A program made the position numbers and the translations under genes. Of a stretch of 29,543 bases of DNA, positions 7,748-16,746 are shown piece after piece; positions within the stretch are counted from its first letter, which is position 1, and each line of letters opens with the position of its first letter. The DNA is from Abditibacteriaceae bacterium. GTDB lineage: Bacteria > Armatimonadota > Abditibacteriia > Abditibacteriales > Abditibacteriaceae. Where the stretch lies: contig JANPJS010000100.1 in assembly GCA_031425655.1 (NCBI GenBank), positions 1 through 29,543 of the forward strand, given 5' to 3'. The notes under the pieces are model-generated. The model saw nothing but the letters and a program-made list of their open reading frames with translations, was not told the DNA's origin and did no database searches.

Positions 7748-9187
7748 TCAGCGCGCAGCGCCCGCCGGATCAATGATGCGACCGCTGACCGTGCCGTCGG
7801 GCGATGCGACAATCGGCGCGGGAGCCGCCGCAACATCGGTGGATTCCGGCTGCGGATGCGAGGCCGGTTGATTGACCAGCGTTATCAGCCGCGAGCCGCG
7901 CTGATAAGTCGTATACGACCACGCCCAGCGAAACATGACCGCCACGCGGTTGTAAAAGCCGATGAGAAAATAAACGTGAATGAACGCCCACGCCAGCCAA
8001 GCCAGCAGCCCTTTAAAGCGATATTTGCCGACTTCGGCGACCGCAGCGGCGCGGCCAATGGTGGCCATATTGCCTTTATCCCAGTAAACGAAGGGCTTAC
8101 GCGGCTGTTTTTCTAAGGCAAGCGCGATGTTTTTCGCCGCGTGCTTGCCGTGCTGCATCGCAACCGGCGCCACGCCCGGCAGAGGCGTGCCACTTGGTTT
8201 TCCGTCTGCGCCGGGTTGGTGAAGGAACAATGCCATGTCGCCGATAACGAACGCTTCGGGGAAGCCCGGAACCGATAAATCGGCTTCGACCGGCACGCGC
8301 CCGGCGCGGTCAAGCGCGACGGTTAATCCTTTGAGCGCACGCGATAACGGCGCGGCCTGCACGCCGGCTGTCCAGAAGGCGGTGCGGGCGCGCAAAGTCG
8401 TTTCGCCGATTTGCACGGTTTCGCGCGTGATGCCGGTCACGCGCTGACTGGTAATGATTTCCACGCCGAGATCTTCCAAATGTTTAGCGGCTGAAAGTGA
8501 AGATTCCGGCGAAAACTGGCCCAAAACGCGGTCGCCGCTTTCCACGATGACCACGCGCGTTTGAGCCGGATCAATCGAGCGAAAATCGTGTTTCAAGGTT
8601 TGGCGCGCGATTTCAGCGATGGCGCCGGCTAATTCCACGCCGGTCGGGCCGCCGCCGACGATAACGAAGGTGAGAAATTCTTGGCGCAGCGGCGAAGTTT
8701 CCGGCTCACGCTCGGCCAATTCATAAGCGAGCAGAATGCGGCGGCGGATTTCCAAAGCGTCTTCAATGCTTTTGAGGCCGGGCGCCATCGGTTCCCATTC
8801 ATCGTGGCCGAAATAGGTTCCGGTCGCTCCGGCAGCGACGACGAGATAATCGTAGCGAAGCTCGCAGATTTCGCTGGTGGAATCGTGATCGTCGCGCAGC
8901 ATGATGCGACGGCCCGGCAAGTCAATTTCGGTCGCTTCGGCCATCAGCACGCGCGCGTTTTTCTGACGGCGCAAAATCGAGCGAATCGGCGAAGCAATTT
9001 CGCTCGGCGAAATCGCCGCCGACGCGACTTGATAAAGCAGCGGCTGAAACAAATGATAATTGCGCCGATCCAGAAGCGTGATTTGCACCGGCGCGTTGGC
9101 CAGTTCGCGCGCTGCGTTCAAGCCCGCAAAGCCGCCGCCGATAATGACGACGTGCGGCGCTCCGCTTGGAGTTTTGATCTCAGACAT
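7748..9187 (-). CDS. ndh: Type II NADH:quinone oxidoreductase (NDH-2)
   Basis: VVIIGGGFAG, HLFQPLLYQVA, VIVGGGPTGVELAG, FVIGD, VAPVAMQ, Y.DKGNMATIGR; ATG at 9187 preceded by GAAGGA. Confidence 0.93.
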   Translation of the reverse strand: MSEIKTPSGAPHVVIIGGGFAGLNAARELANAPVQITLLDRRNYHLFQPLLYQVASAAISPSEIASPIRSILRRQKNARVLMAEATEIDLPGRRIMLRDDHDSTSEICELRYDYLVVAAGATGTYFGHDEWEPMAPGLKSIEDALEIRRRILLAYELAEREPETSPLRQEFLTFVIVGGGPTGVELAGAIAEIARQTLKHDFRSIDPAQTRVVIVESGDRVLGQFSPESSLSAAKHLEDLGVEIITSQRVTGITRETVQIGETTLRARTAFWTAGVQAAPLSRALKGLTVALDRAGRVPVEADLSVPGFPEAFVIGDMALFLHQPGADGKPSGTPLPGVAPVAMQHGKHAAKNIALALEKQPRKPFVYWDKGNMATIGRAAAVAEVGKYRFKGLLAWLAWAFIHVYFLIGFYNRVAVMFRWAWSYTTYQRGSRLITLVNQPASHPQPESTDVAAAPAPIVASPDGTVSGRIIDPAGAAR

Positions 9188-9224
9188 AGGTTCCTTCACT
9201 CGCCAGTCGTTTTCAGCAGTTTCC

Positions 9225-9385
9225 GCCGTCCGCCTCGCAAAGGCAAAGGTTCACTGAACTATGGATGGTGCGGGTTTATTTTCAGGCCGGTTGAAACCGA
9301 CCTCTGGAAGAGCAAAGCCTGCCCTCGCAGGCTCAGAACTAAGGATTTGAGGCCACGAAGGTGGACCTCGCTTTTTACAGACGCC
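9225..9385 (+). ncRNA. ssrS: Probable 6S RNA
   Basis: About 160 nt rod-like fold by eye: AGGTTCAC/GTGGACCT, TGCGGG/CTCGCA and TTTCAG/CTGGAA stems around a central bubble. CACTGAACT and GGCTCAGAACT resemble 6S bubble-flanking motifs. G-U pairs mostly favour the + strand. Lies upstream of rny, a known 6S neighbourhood. Confidence 0.55.
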
Positions 9386-9462
9386 AGTTTTAACCGGCGT
9401 AAAGCCTAACCGCACTATTCGCCGGAAAGCCGCTTTGCAGGCTCAAAGAGCGTGTTAAAAAT

Positions 9463-9471
9463 CTGTTATAC
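9463..9471 (+). promoter_or_regulatory. Extended -10 promoter element
   Basis: TGTTATACT (TGn-TATACT) pointing toward rny. Confidence 0.45.
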
Positions 9472-9681
9472 TTCGGGCACTGCAAGTCGGGCGGCTTCAT
9501 CCTATCGCAGCCTTGTCGCGCCGTGAGAAATCGTCTCGTGGCACGCCGTCGTAGTCGGGGATGCCGCCGTGAGAATTTGAAAAACCTCGTGGTTGTTTCA
9601 CGAGATTTTTTCCGATGCCGGACGCCGAAGTTTGTTTTCGGCTCGCTTTACTGGAAATCAGTTGGCGCCTTCTTTTTCATC

Positions 9682-10020
9682 ATGCACGCTTCCCTTTTCT
9701 CTTGTTTCTGGCTGACGTTGTGGCTGCTCGCCTTGAGCGGCACGGCGCTGGCCTGGCACTTCGGAGCCAAGCGAAACCGTGCGCTTCTTTTCCAGCAAAC
9801 CGACGGCGTGGCGCCGCGTGATAATAACGCGGCGTTTAATAACCTCACAGCCCCTTTTTCGTTCCCGCCACAGGCATTTTTCCTTGTTTTCAACCGGACG
9901 CGCCCAGTTCATCGCTGCGGCGCAGCGTTTCGGCAACCTCGGCCTTTGCCCTCTGGATGGACGACCTCCCGCCTCGCAGGCACTGTTGACCGGCGCGCCA
10001 TGCGTCGGCAACCCCGCTGA
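9682..10020 (+). CDS. Doubtful small ORF with hydrophobic N-terminus
   Basis: One hydrophobic stretch (FSCFWLTLWLLALSGTALAW); no RBS and atypical composition, so it may be non-coding leader. Confidence 0.25.
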   Translation: MHASLFSCFWLTLWLLALSGTALAWHFGAKRNRALLFQQTDGVAPRDNNAAFNNLTAPFSFPPQAFFLVFNRTRPVHRCGAAFRQPRPLPSGWTTSRLAGTVDRRAMRRQPR

Positions 10021-10103
10021 ACTCGCAGCTTTGTTTTGGTGCCTGCCTTTACGGGCTACGCACTGAATAATCGTTGCAAGCGAGGCGAAATCGGAGGTTG
10101 ACC

Positions 10104-11684
10104 ATGAATTTAACACCGTATCTTTTGGCGGCTCTGTGCGGCCTTTTGGGCCTGGCAGCGGGCGCGGTCGCCGTGCATCTTATGCTGCGCGGCAAAACCG
10201 ACACGGCATCCGCGGCCAAAGCCGAAGCCGAAGTTGCCATCGCCGAATCCAAGCGCTTGGCCGCCGAAACCGACGCCACCATCGCCACGCGCTATAAAGA
10301 ACTGCAAGTCGAATCGCGCGAGCAAGTGCAAGTCGAAGTGCAGCGCCTGCGCGAAACCATCGAAAAAGAAAGCGCCGAGCGCCGCGCTGAAATCAAAGAA
10401 AACGAGCGCCGACTGCGCGAGCGCGAAGTTCAAATCGAACGCCGCAGCCGCCAACTCGAAGGCCGCGACAAAGCCCTCACCACACGCGAAGACGACATAA
10501 CCAAGCGCATCGAAGAAGCCGACGCGCTGATCGTAGAACAGCGCAGCGCGCTGGAAAAAGTGGCGCAGTTGCCGATTGCCGAAGCGCGCGAGTTGCTTTT
10601 AGCGCGCGTCGAAGAAGAAGCGCGCACCGAAATGAATCGCGTAGTCAAGCGTGTCGAGGAAGAAACGCGCGAAAACGCCGAAGAAAAAGCGCGCCGCATC
10701 ATCACGATAGCTATTCAACGCTGCGCCGTAGACCAAACCGCCGAAAGCTCGGTCGCGGTCGTGCCGTTGCCGTCAGATGAAATCAAAGGCCGCATCATTG
10801 GGCGTGAAGGCCGAAATATTCGCACTTTCGAGCAGATTTCCGGCTGCGATTTGGTCATTGACGACACGCCCGAAGCCGTCGTAGTTTCTTCGTTCGAGCC
10901 GGTGCGCCGCGAAATCGCGCGCATTGCCTTGACGGTTTTGGTCAACGATGGGCGCATTCATCCGGCGCGCATCGAAGAAGTGCTGAACAAAGCCAAAGCC
11001 GAAGTGGACGTAAAAATGCGCGAAGCCGCCGATTCAGCCACCACGCAGGCCAAAGTCCGCCTGCCGCGCGGCGTGATGGAAGTGTTCGGGCGCCTGCTTT
11101 ATCGCACCAGTTATGGGCAAAATATCTTGAAGCACAGCGTTGAAGTCTCGGTTTTAGCGGCCACGATTGCCGCCGAAGTTGGGGCCGATATCAACACTTG
11201 TAAGCGCGCCGGCTTGTTGCACGACATCGGCAAGGCGCTCGACTGCGATCAGGAAGGCACGCACGTTGATTTAGGCATGGAATTGCTGCGCAAGCACCGC
11301 GAAAGCGACTTGGTGATTACCGCAGCGGGCGAACATCACCTCGATCCCAGCGCGATGACCAGCTTGGAATCGGTCATTGTGCAAGTCGCCGACGCCATCA
11401 GCAGCAGCCGGCCTGGAGCGCGCCGCGAAAACGTCGAAACGTATATCAAGCGCCTGCAAAACCTCGAACGCATCGCCGATTCGTTCGAGGGCGTCGAAAA
11501 ATCGTATGCCATTCAAGCTGGGCGCGAAGTGCGAATCGTAGTCAAACCCGAAAAAGTGGACGATCTGTCGAGCCTGCGCATGGCACGCGACGTAGCCCAA
11601 CGCATTCAAGACGAAATGACGTATCCCGGCGAAATCAAAGTCACCGTCATCCGCGAAACGCGCGCGGTAGACTTCGCCAAATAG
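10104..11684 (+). CDS. rny: Ribonuclease Y
   Basis: N-terminal TM helix, coiled coil, KH domain (KGRIIGREGRNIR), HD domain (RTSYGQN..HS..LLHDIGK), C-terminal SRPGAR/YAIQAGREVR/YPGEIKVTVIRE; GGAGG RBS before ATG 10104. Confidence 0.98.
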   Translation: MNLTPYLLAALCGLLGLAAGAVAVHLMLRGKTDTASAAKAEAEVAIAESKRLAAETDATIATRYKELQVESREQVQVEVQRLRETIEKESAERRAEIKENERRLREREVQIERRSRQLEGRDKALTTREDDITKRIEEADALIVEQRSALEKVAQLPIAEARELLLARVEEEARTEMNRVVKRVEEETRENAEEKARRIITIAIQRCAVDQTAESSVAVVPLPSDEIKGRIIGREGRNIRTFEQISGCDLVIDDTPEAVVVSSFEPVRREIARIALTVLVNDGRIHPARIEEVLNKAKAEVDVKMREAADSATTQAKVRLPRGVMEVFGRLLYRTSYGQNILKHSVEVSVLAATIAAEVGADINTCKRAGLLHDIGKALDCDQEGTHVDLGMELLRKHRESDLVITAAGEHHLDPSAMTSLESVIVQVADAISSSRPGARRENVETYIKRLQNLERIADSFEGVEKSYAIQAGREVRIVVKPEKVDDLSSLRMARDVAQRIQDEMTYPGEIKVTVIRETRAVDFAK

Positions 11685-11765
11685 TTTTGAGTTTTGAGTT
11701 TTGAGTTTTGAGTTGAAGGCTAAAATCGGCCTCAACTCAAAACTCAAAACTTAAAACTCAAAACT
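11683..11765. repeat. Inverted arrays of heptamer tandem repeats (AGTTTTG)4 / (CAAAACT)4
   Basis: Directly visible between rny and spoVS (one right-arm unit is TAAAACT); can fold as a long hairpin. Confidence 0.85.
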
Positions 11766-11783
11766 CCCAAGAAAGGGAGTTTT

Positions 11784-12053
11784 ATGGATACTTTGCGAGT
11801 GTCGGCCAAGAGCAAACCGAATACGGTCGCTGGCGCGGTGGCGGGCGTGATTCGAGAAAAGGGTCAGGTCGAAGTGCAAACCGTCGGCGCCGGCGCGTTG
11901 AATCAAGCCATCAAAGCCATCGCCATCGCGCGTGGGTTTTTAGCACCATCGGGCGTGGAAATCGTGTGCATTCCTTCGTTTTCCGACATCGAAATTGACG
12001 GCGCCGAACGCACCGCGATTCGCCTCCTCGTCATCCCGCGCGACAGGAATTGA
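11784..12053 (+). CDS. spoVS: Stage V sporulation protein S family (SpoVS)
   Basis: LRVSAKSKPNTVAGAVAG, GAGALNQAIKAIAIARGF, IDGAERTAI; GGGAG RBS; near rny as in Firmicutes. Confidence 0.96.
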   Translation: MDTLRVSAKSKPNTVAGAVAGVIREKGQVEVQTVGAGALNQAIKAIAIARGFLAPSGVEIVCIPSFSDIEIDGAERTAIRLLVIPRDRN

Positions 12054-12135
12054 ATTAAAAATGCAAAATTAAAAATGCAAAAAATTTAGCGACGGCGCCG
12101 CTGTTTTTACATTTTTCATTTTGCATTTTACATTT
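12053..12135. repeat. AT-rich inverted heptamer-type repeat (AATTAAAAATGCAA x2 / TTTTGCA-like units)
   Basis: Visible intergenic imperfect inverted tandem arrays. Confidence 0.7.
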
Positions 12136-12139
12136 CCTC

Positions 12140-13114
12140 ATGGAACGCTTGGTCATTATCGCTAATCCGACGGCGGGCATGGCGGCGGGTGTGGCCGCGC
12201 GCGACCGACTCATCACGGCGGCACAGCACGATCTGGAAAAAAGCTTTGAAGTTGAACTCTGGCAGGACACTGATCCCGCCGTCGTCAGCAACCTTGCAGA
12301 GCAAGCCGCGAATGACGGTTTCACGCATATCGTGGCGGCAGGCGGCGACGGAACCGTCAACAGCGTCGCCAATGGCTTGATGCGTTGGCGCTCCGCGCAA
12401 AACCCTTCGACGCTCGACAGTCTGACATTAGGCGTTTTGCCTTTGGGCACGGGCAATGTCTTCGCTTTCAATCTCGGCATCCCGCGCGAATGGCGCGATG
12501 CCTGCCGCGTTATTCGCGCCGGCCATCGCAAGAAAATTGACGTGGGATTAGCCACATCGCTAACCCAAACGACGCGCCAGCGTATTCTTCCCGATCATCG
12601 TGGCGCCAGCCGCTATTTCCTGCTGATGGCGGGCATCGGCTACGACGCCAAAGTCATCGAAGACACCAGTTTGCGCTTGAAATATGTGCTGCGCGACTTC
12701 GCTTACGTGCTGCGAACTCTGCAAAACGTGGTTTTGCACGAAGGCACGCAAGTCACGCTGCGCTTTCCCGACGGGCGCGTTTACGCCAACATCGCGTGGC
12801 TGGTAATGGTCGGCAACGCTGCCAGCTATGCGTGGGACATCAAAGTCACCGCGCACGCCGAACTCGACGATGGCGTGCTTGATGTTTGCCTGATGCCGTT
12901 CGAAAACAAGCTCATCTCGATTCAGCAAGCGTTGCAGATTCTCACCGGTCAGCACATCGAACGCGGCATCGCGCAGTATTGGCAAACGCCCGGCGTCATC
13001 GTGGAAAGCGACCCGCCCATTCCCGTGCAGCTTGACGGCGATGCCTGGGCCTCCACGCCTGTCGAAATCAGCATTTTGCCCGGCGCGCTCCATGTTTACG
13101 CACCGCAAGCATAA
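12140..13114 (+). CDS. Diacylglycerol/lipid kinase family protein (YegS/DagK/BmrU-like)
   Basis: IIANPTAG, AAGGDGTVN, LPLGTGNVFA, GIGYDA, LDDGVLDV, QLDGD. Confidence 0.93.
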   Translation: MERLVIIANPTAGMAAGVAARDRLITAAQHDLEKSFEVELWQDTDPAVVSNLAEQAANDGFTHIVAAGGDGTVNSVANGLMRWRSAQNPSTLDSLTLGVLPLGTGNVFAFNLGIPREWRDACRVIRAGHRKKIDVGLATSLTQTTRQRILPDHRGASRYFLLMAGIGYDAKVIEDTSLRLKYVLRDFAYVLRTLQNVVLHEGTQVTLRFPDGRVYANIAWLVMVGNAASYAWDIKVTAHAELDDGVLDVCLMPFENKLISIQQALQILTGQHIERGIAQYWQTPGVIVESDPPIPVQLDGDAWASTPVEISILPGALHVYAPQA

Positions 13115-13131
13115 TCAGCATTTAGGAGAAA

Positions 13132-13449
13132 ATGCCCGTGCAAAAAGCTTGCGTCATTAGCCGACACAAATTCAGCAACTTCATCCGCGCATTTATCGCT
13201 GCGCTGCCTATCATCGGCCTTGCCTTGGCTGCAATGTTTGGCACACGCCAAATTTTTAGTCCCTATCTGCCCGACTGGGTCTTAAGAGCAGCCACGACTT
13301 GGGTGGGCGGCGGCATCATTATAGTGGGCGGCAATTGGGACAAGTTAAAACATTGCCCAAAACGCGAACGCTATTTGAAAATCGGCGTATTTCTTCTGGT
13401 GTGGGCAGTCTTTGCAATTGTCTGCGGACCACCTTTGGAGAAACCATAA
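13132..13449 (+). CDS. Hypothetical small membrane protein (about 3 TM)
   Basis: AGGAG RBS, three hydrophobic segments, followed by a terminator. Confidence 0.7.
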   Translation: MPVQKACVISRHKFSNFIRAFIAALPIIGLALAAMFGTRQIFSPYLPDWVLRAATTWVGGGIIIVGGNWDKLKHCPKRERYLKIGVFLLVWAVFAIVCGPPLEKP

Positions 13450-13452
13450 AGC

Positions 13453-13488
13453 AAAAAGCCCCGCCAATTAGCGGGGCTTTTCGTTTTT
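13453..13488. terminator. Bidirectional rho-independent terminator
   Basis: AAAAGCCCCGC-caatta-GCGGGGCTTTT with A and T tracts on either side, between convergent genes. Confidence 0.88.
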
Positions 13489-13497
13489 ACGACGTTT

Positions 13498-14334
13498 TCA
13501 AACTGGCTTTTCCTGTTCGCTGTCGTCCGGCGCGATTTCGACCGTATCGGGAGTGCCGTCGAGCGAAGTATCCATATGTTCGATGGGCGCGTGGTGCAGG
13601 TGAAAGGGCGAAACGACGTGGTCGTTGGCTTCGGTGAGTTTGGCGTTCGCGGCGCGCTCGGCTTCTTCGTGCGCGCCTTTTTGGCTCAGATAAGCCGCAG
13701 CGCGGCGGGCGGCTTCGACGCGCGTGCGTTGCGACGGCGCTCCTGAAGGCGTCGCGTTGCGCAAATCACTGGCTAACGCCGGCGCATCAGGGCGGCTGTC
13801 GCCGCCGGGGAAAAAACACTCGTCGTAAAGTTTCAGGCTGCGCGAGATGATGTTGTGCGCGTCTATGCGCCCGAAAAAACGCTCGATGCGCACCTGTTTG
13901 TTTTCCAGAGCCTTGTAATCTTCAAAAAAGCGCTGCAATTCGGCCAAAGTGTGTTCTGGCAAATGCGAAATGTCACGGAAGTGCGCGAAGGCCGGATCGT
14001 GCTCGTGAATCGCGATGATTTTGTCGTCTTCTTCGTCCTGATCAATCATCTGCATGATGCCGATGGGACGCGCCGTGACGATGCACATCGGCACGACTGG
14101 CTCCTGACCGAGCACTAAAATATCGAGAGGGTCGTGATCGTCGCAATACGTGTGCGGGATGAAACCGTAGTTCGCCGGATAAAAGACCGCCGAATAAAGC
14201 ACGCGGTCGAGGCGCAGCATTCCGCTTTTCTTGTCGAGTTCGTATTTGTTGCGGCTGCCGCGCGGCACTTCGATGATGCAATCTACGATTTCCGGCGCGC
14301 GGTTTCCGGGAGTAAGGTCGTGCCAGGGATTCAT
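13498..14334 (-). CDS. ppa: Family I inorganic pyrophosphatase with C-terminal extension
   Basis: [52 protein letters not shown]. Confidence 0.95.
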   Translation of the reverse strand: MNPWHDLTPGNRAPEIVDCIIEVPRGSRNKYELDKKSGMLRLDRVLYSAVFYPANYGFIPHTYCDDHDPLDILVLGQEPVVPMCIVTARPIGIMQMIDQDEEDDKIIAIHEHDPAFAHFRDISHLPEHTLAELQRFFEDYKALENKQVRIERFFGRIDAHNIISRSLKLYDECFFPGGDSRPDAPALASDLRNATPSGAPSQRTRVEAARRAAAYLSQKGAHEEAERAANAKLTEANDHVVSPFHLHHAPIEHMDTSLDGTPDTVEIAPDDSEQEKPV

Positions 14335-14397
14335 AGCAGTTTAACGGGCGGGTCTTGCCGCCCGGCCTTTGCCTTGTAAGAGGCGGTTTGAAAAATG

Positions 14398-14565
14398 GGC
14401 AGCGTGACTCCTCTCCCCTTTCGGGGAGACGGGTGCCCTCTGGGCAGGTGGTTAGGGGTCGAACCGCGAAGCGGTTCTTAAAACCGGATTTTCAGCGCCG
14501 CTTCGCGGCTCACCCCTCACCCTAACCCTCTCCCCAAAAGGGGAGAGGGGACTTTTCCGACTGCC
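14398..14565. repeat. Composite REP/BIME-like element (CCCTAACCCTCTCCCC..GGGGAGAGGG family)
   Basis: Two inverted hairpins (CTCTCCCC/GGGGAGA), an inner CCGCGAAGCGG/CCGCTTCGCGG pair and a nested CGGGTGCCCTCTGGGCA; related to 18786..18936. Confidence 0.75.
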
Positions 14566-14658
14566 TTTAAGGATGCCGCAAACCGGCGTTTGCGCCAACT
14601 GCGCCGGCCAAGTCGCGCCTGAAATTGCGAATTTGGGGCGAAACGGCTACAATCATTC

Positions 14659-16665
14659 GTGATGTTGAGCACAGGAAAACGCAGCGCGGCGCGCTCTTCG
14701 GCGGCGCGCTCCGGTCATGGCCCCGCTGGAAATTCCGGCCCCGGAAGTCCTCAGTGGCGTTCGGCGGCGGAACGCTACGAGGTTTTGGGACGCGCCGGAG
14801 AAGGCACGCTGTTCGCCGTTTACCGCGTGCGCGACCGCTCCAATGGGCGCCTGCACGCGCTCAAAGCCCTTAAAAACGCCTTCGTCAAGCACCAACGCCT
14901 CACGACGAATCTGGCGCATACGGCAGAGCAAACTTTAGCCTTCAATCACCCATATTTAGCGCGCAACAGCGATGTCGGAGTCGCTGAAGGCACGCTTTAT
15001 GTAGTCTCCGAATGGCTGCAAGGCGCTACCTTAGAAGACCGCCTGCGACAAGCGCCGCTTCCGCACACCGAAACGCTGCTTTTCACGCGCCAGATCGCCG
15101 AAGTGCTGAATTTTCTGCACGCTCAGGGCATGGCGCACGGCGATTTGCGCCCGCGCCAGATATTCCTCACGACCGGCACGCACCTCAAAATTACCGATGC
15201 GGGCATGGGCCAGGCGTTGCACCAATCCGGCATCGCGGCCTTCGATGTGCAGCCTGATACCGCCTACTTTTTGGCGCCCGAACGCTTCGACGGCGCGCCG
15301 CCGTCGGCTGCCGCCGATTATTATGCGCTGGGCGTCATTTTGTATCATATGCTGACCGGGCGCGTGCCCTTCGATGGCCCTTCGCCCTTAGTCATTGCGG
15401 CGCGCCATCGCAACGACGCTCCGCTGCGGCCTTCGCAATTCAACCCGAATTGCTCGCCGCAACTCGAAGAATTGGCCATGTGCCTGCTGGACAAACAGCC
15501 GCAAACGCGCTATCAGTCGGCGCAGGAGTTACTGCGTCAAATGGGCGGCGGCGATGCGCCGATTTACGAATCGCCTTACGTCGAAGTCACGCGCGAGGCC
15601 ATCGCCGCCACCGTTCCCGACGCGCCGCCGATGCCGCCACCTGCACCGCCGATGTCGCCAGCTCCCGCGCCACCGATGAGAACGGTCGTGACGCCGGTTG
15701 ACGAAGAGCCAATTTTCGCGCCGCAGCCGATAGTTGACGAAGAGCCGGTCGTGGCGCGGCCCGTTGATATTAAAGTCGCCAAGCGCAAACATCGCCGCCG
15801 CGAATTCTGGGGCGCGGTGCTGGCAATGTTCTGGTTTTTTGTGTCGGTCGGGCTTTTAGCGGGCATGGCCTACGGCGCTTATCACTTCTGGGTCGAGGGC
15901 ATTCCGCCCGAAGTGCGCGTGCCGAAATACGCCGGTTTGCGGCGCGGCGATGCCGAACAAGTGCTCCTGCGCGCCGGATTGAGCCTTCAAGTCGGCAGCG
16001 AAAAATACGTTCCCAAAACGGCGGTTGATACCATTCTTTCCGGCGACACGCCGCCCGGTAAAACCGTGCGAAAAGGCCACATCGTCACGGTGGTGGTTTC
16101 CAAAGGCGAAGAGCCGATCAAGATGTATGATTTCAGCGAGCTTTCGCTGAAACGGGCGCGTGAAATCATTGTCCGCGACGGAATGCGACTGGGCATGGTG
16201 ACCGAGCAGTATCACGACCGCGTTCCTGCCGGCTACGTGTGCGGCCAATATCCCGAAGCGGGCGCGCCGTTTCGCCGTTCGGAGCCGATTAATGTGACTG
16301 TCAGCAAGGGAGCGCCGCCCGCCGCCGGCGACATCCCGGAAAGCGACCCTCTGCCGCCGCCGCCCGTGCCTAACGTGCTGCCCGAAGAAGCGCCGCTGCC
16401 CGATACGAGCCAACCCGACGAAGCGCCGACTACTCCAATGGTGTCGCGCTCGGTCGCGGTGCGCGTGGCGCTGCCCAAAACCAGCATCGAGCAGGAAGTC
16501 AAAATCGTGGTCAACGACGCCGATGGCGAAGAAGTCGTTTATCAGGAAATGCACGATCCCGGCGACCTTGTAGACGAAAAAGTGCGCGTGCGCCGCGAAC
16601 AAGGCACAACGGCGCGCATTCGCGTTTACGTCGGCGGCAAGCTCTTCCGCGAACAGAGAATTTAA
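14659..16665 (+). CDS. PknB/PrkC-like Ser/Thr kinase with Pro-rich linker, TM helix and two PASTA domains (non-canonical catalytic motifs)
   Basis: RYEVLG, ALK, HGDLRPRQI, KITDAG, LAPE, DYYALGVILYHMLTGRVPF; TM WGAVLAMFWFFVSVGLLAGMAYGAY; PASTA repeats VPKYAGL..VVSKG and MYDFSELS..TVSKG. Confidence 0.9.
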   Translation: MMLSTGKRSAARSSAARSGHGPAGNSGPGSPQWRSAAERYEVLGRAGEGTLFAVYRVRDRSNGRLHALKALKNAFVKHQRLTTNLAHTAEQTLAFNHPYLARNSDVGVAEGTLYVVSEWLQGATLEDRLRQAPLPHTETLLFTRQIAEVLNFLHAQGMAHGDLRPRQIFLTTGTHLKITDAGMGQALHQSGIAAFDVQPDTAYFLAPERFDGAPPSAAADYYALGVILYHMLTGRVPFDGPSPLVIAARHRNDAPLRPSQFNPNCSPQLEELAMCLLDKQPQTRYQSAQELLRQMGGGDAPIYESPYVEVTREAIAATVPDAPPMPPPAPPMSPAPAPPMRTVVTPVDEEPIFAPQPIVDEEPVVARPVDIKVAKRKHRRREFWGAVLAMFWFFVSVGLLAGMAYGAYHFWVEGIPPEVRVPKYAGLRRGDAEQVLLRAGLSLQVGSEKYVPKTAVDTILSGDTPPGKTVRKGHIVTVVVSKGEEPIKMYDFSELSLKRAREIIVRDGMRLGMVTEQYHDRVPAGYVCGQYPEAGAPFRRSEPINVTVSKGAPPAAGDIPESDPLPPPPVPNVLPEEAPLPDTSQPDEAPTTPMVSRSVAVRVALPKTSIEQEVKIVVNDADGEEVVYQEMHDPGDLVDEKVRVRREQGTTARIRVYVGGKLFREQRI

Positions 16666-16668
16666 TTC

Positions 16669-16726
16669 ACCACAAAGGCACAGAGACACAAAGAGGAAAT
16701 TCTTTGTGTCTCTGTGCCTTTGTGGT
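16669..16726. repeat. Perfect 26-bp inverted repeat
   Basis: ACCACAAAGGCACAGAGACACAAAGA / TCTTTGTGTCTCTGTGCCTTTGTGGT with a 6-nt loop. Confidence 0.9.
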
Positions 16727-16746
16727 TAAGTTTGTCTTATTCCCTC

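Noticed and set aside
11784..12053. spoVS as evidence of sporulation
   Set aside because: SpoVS homologues occur widely in non-sporulating bacteria, and no other sporulation genes are present.
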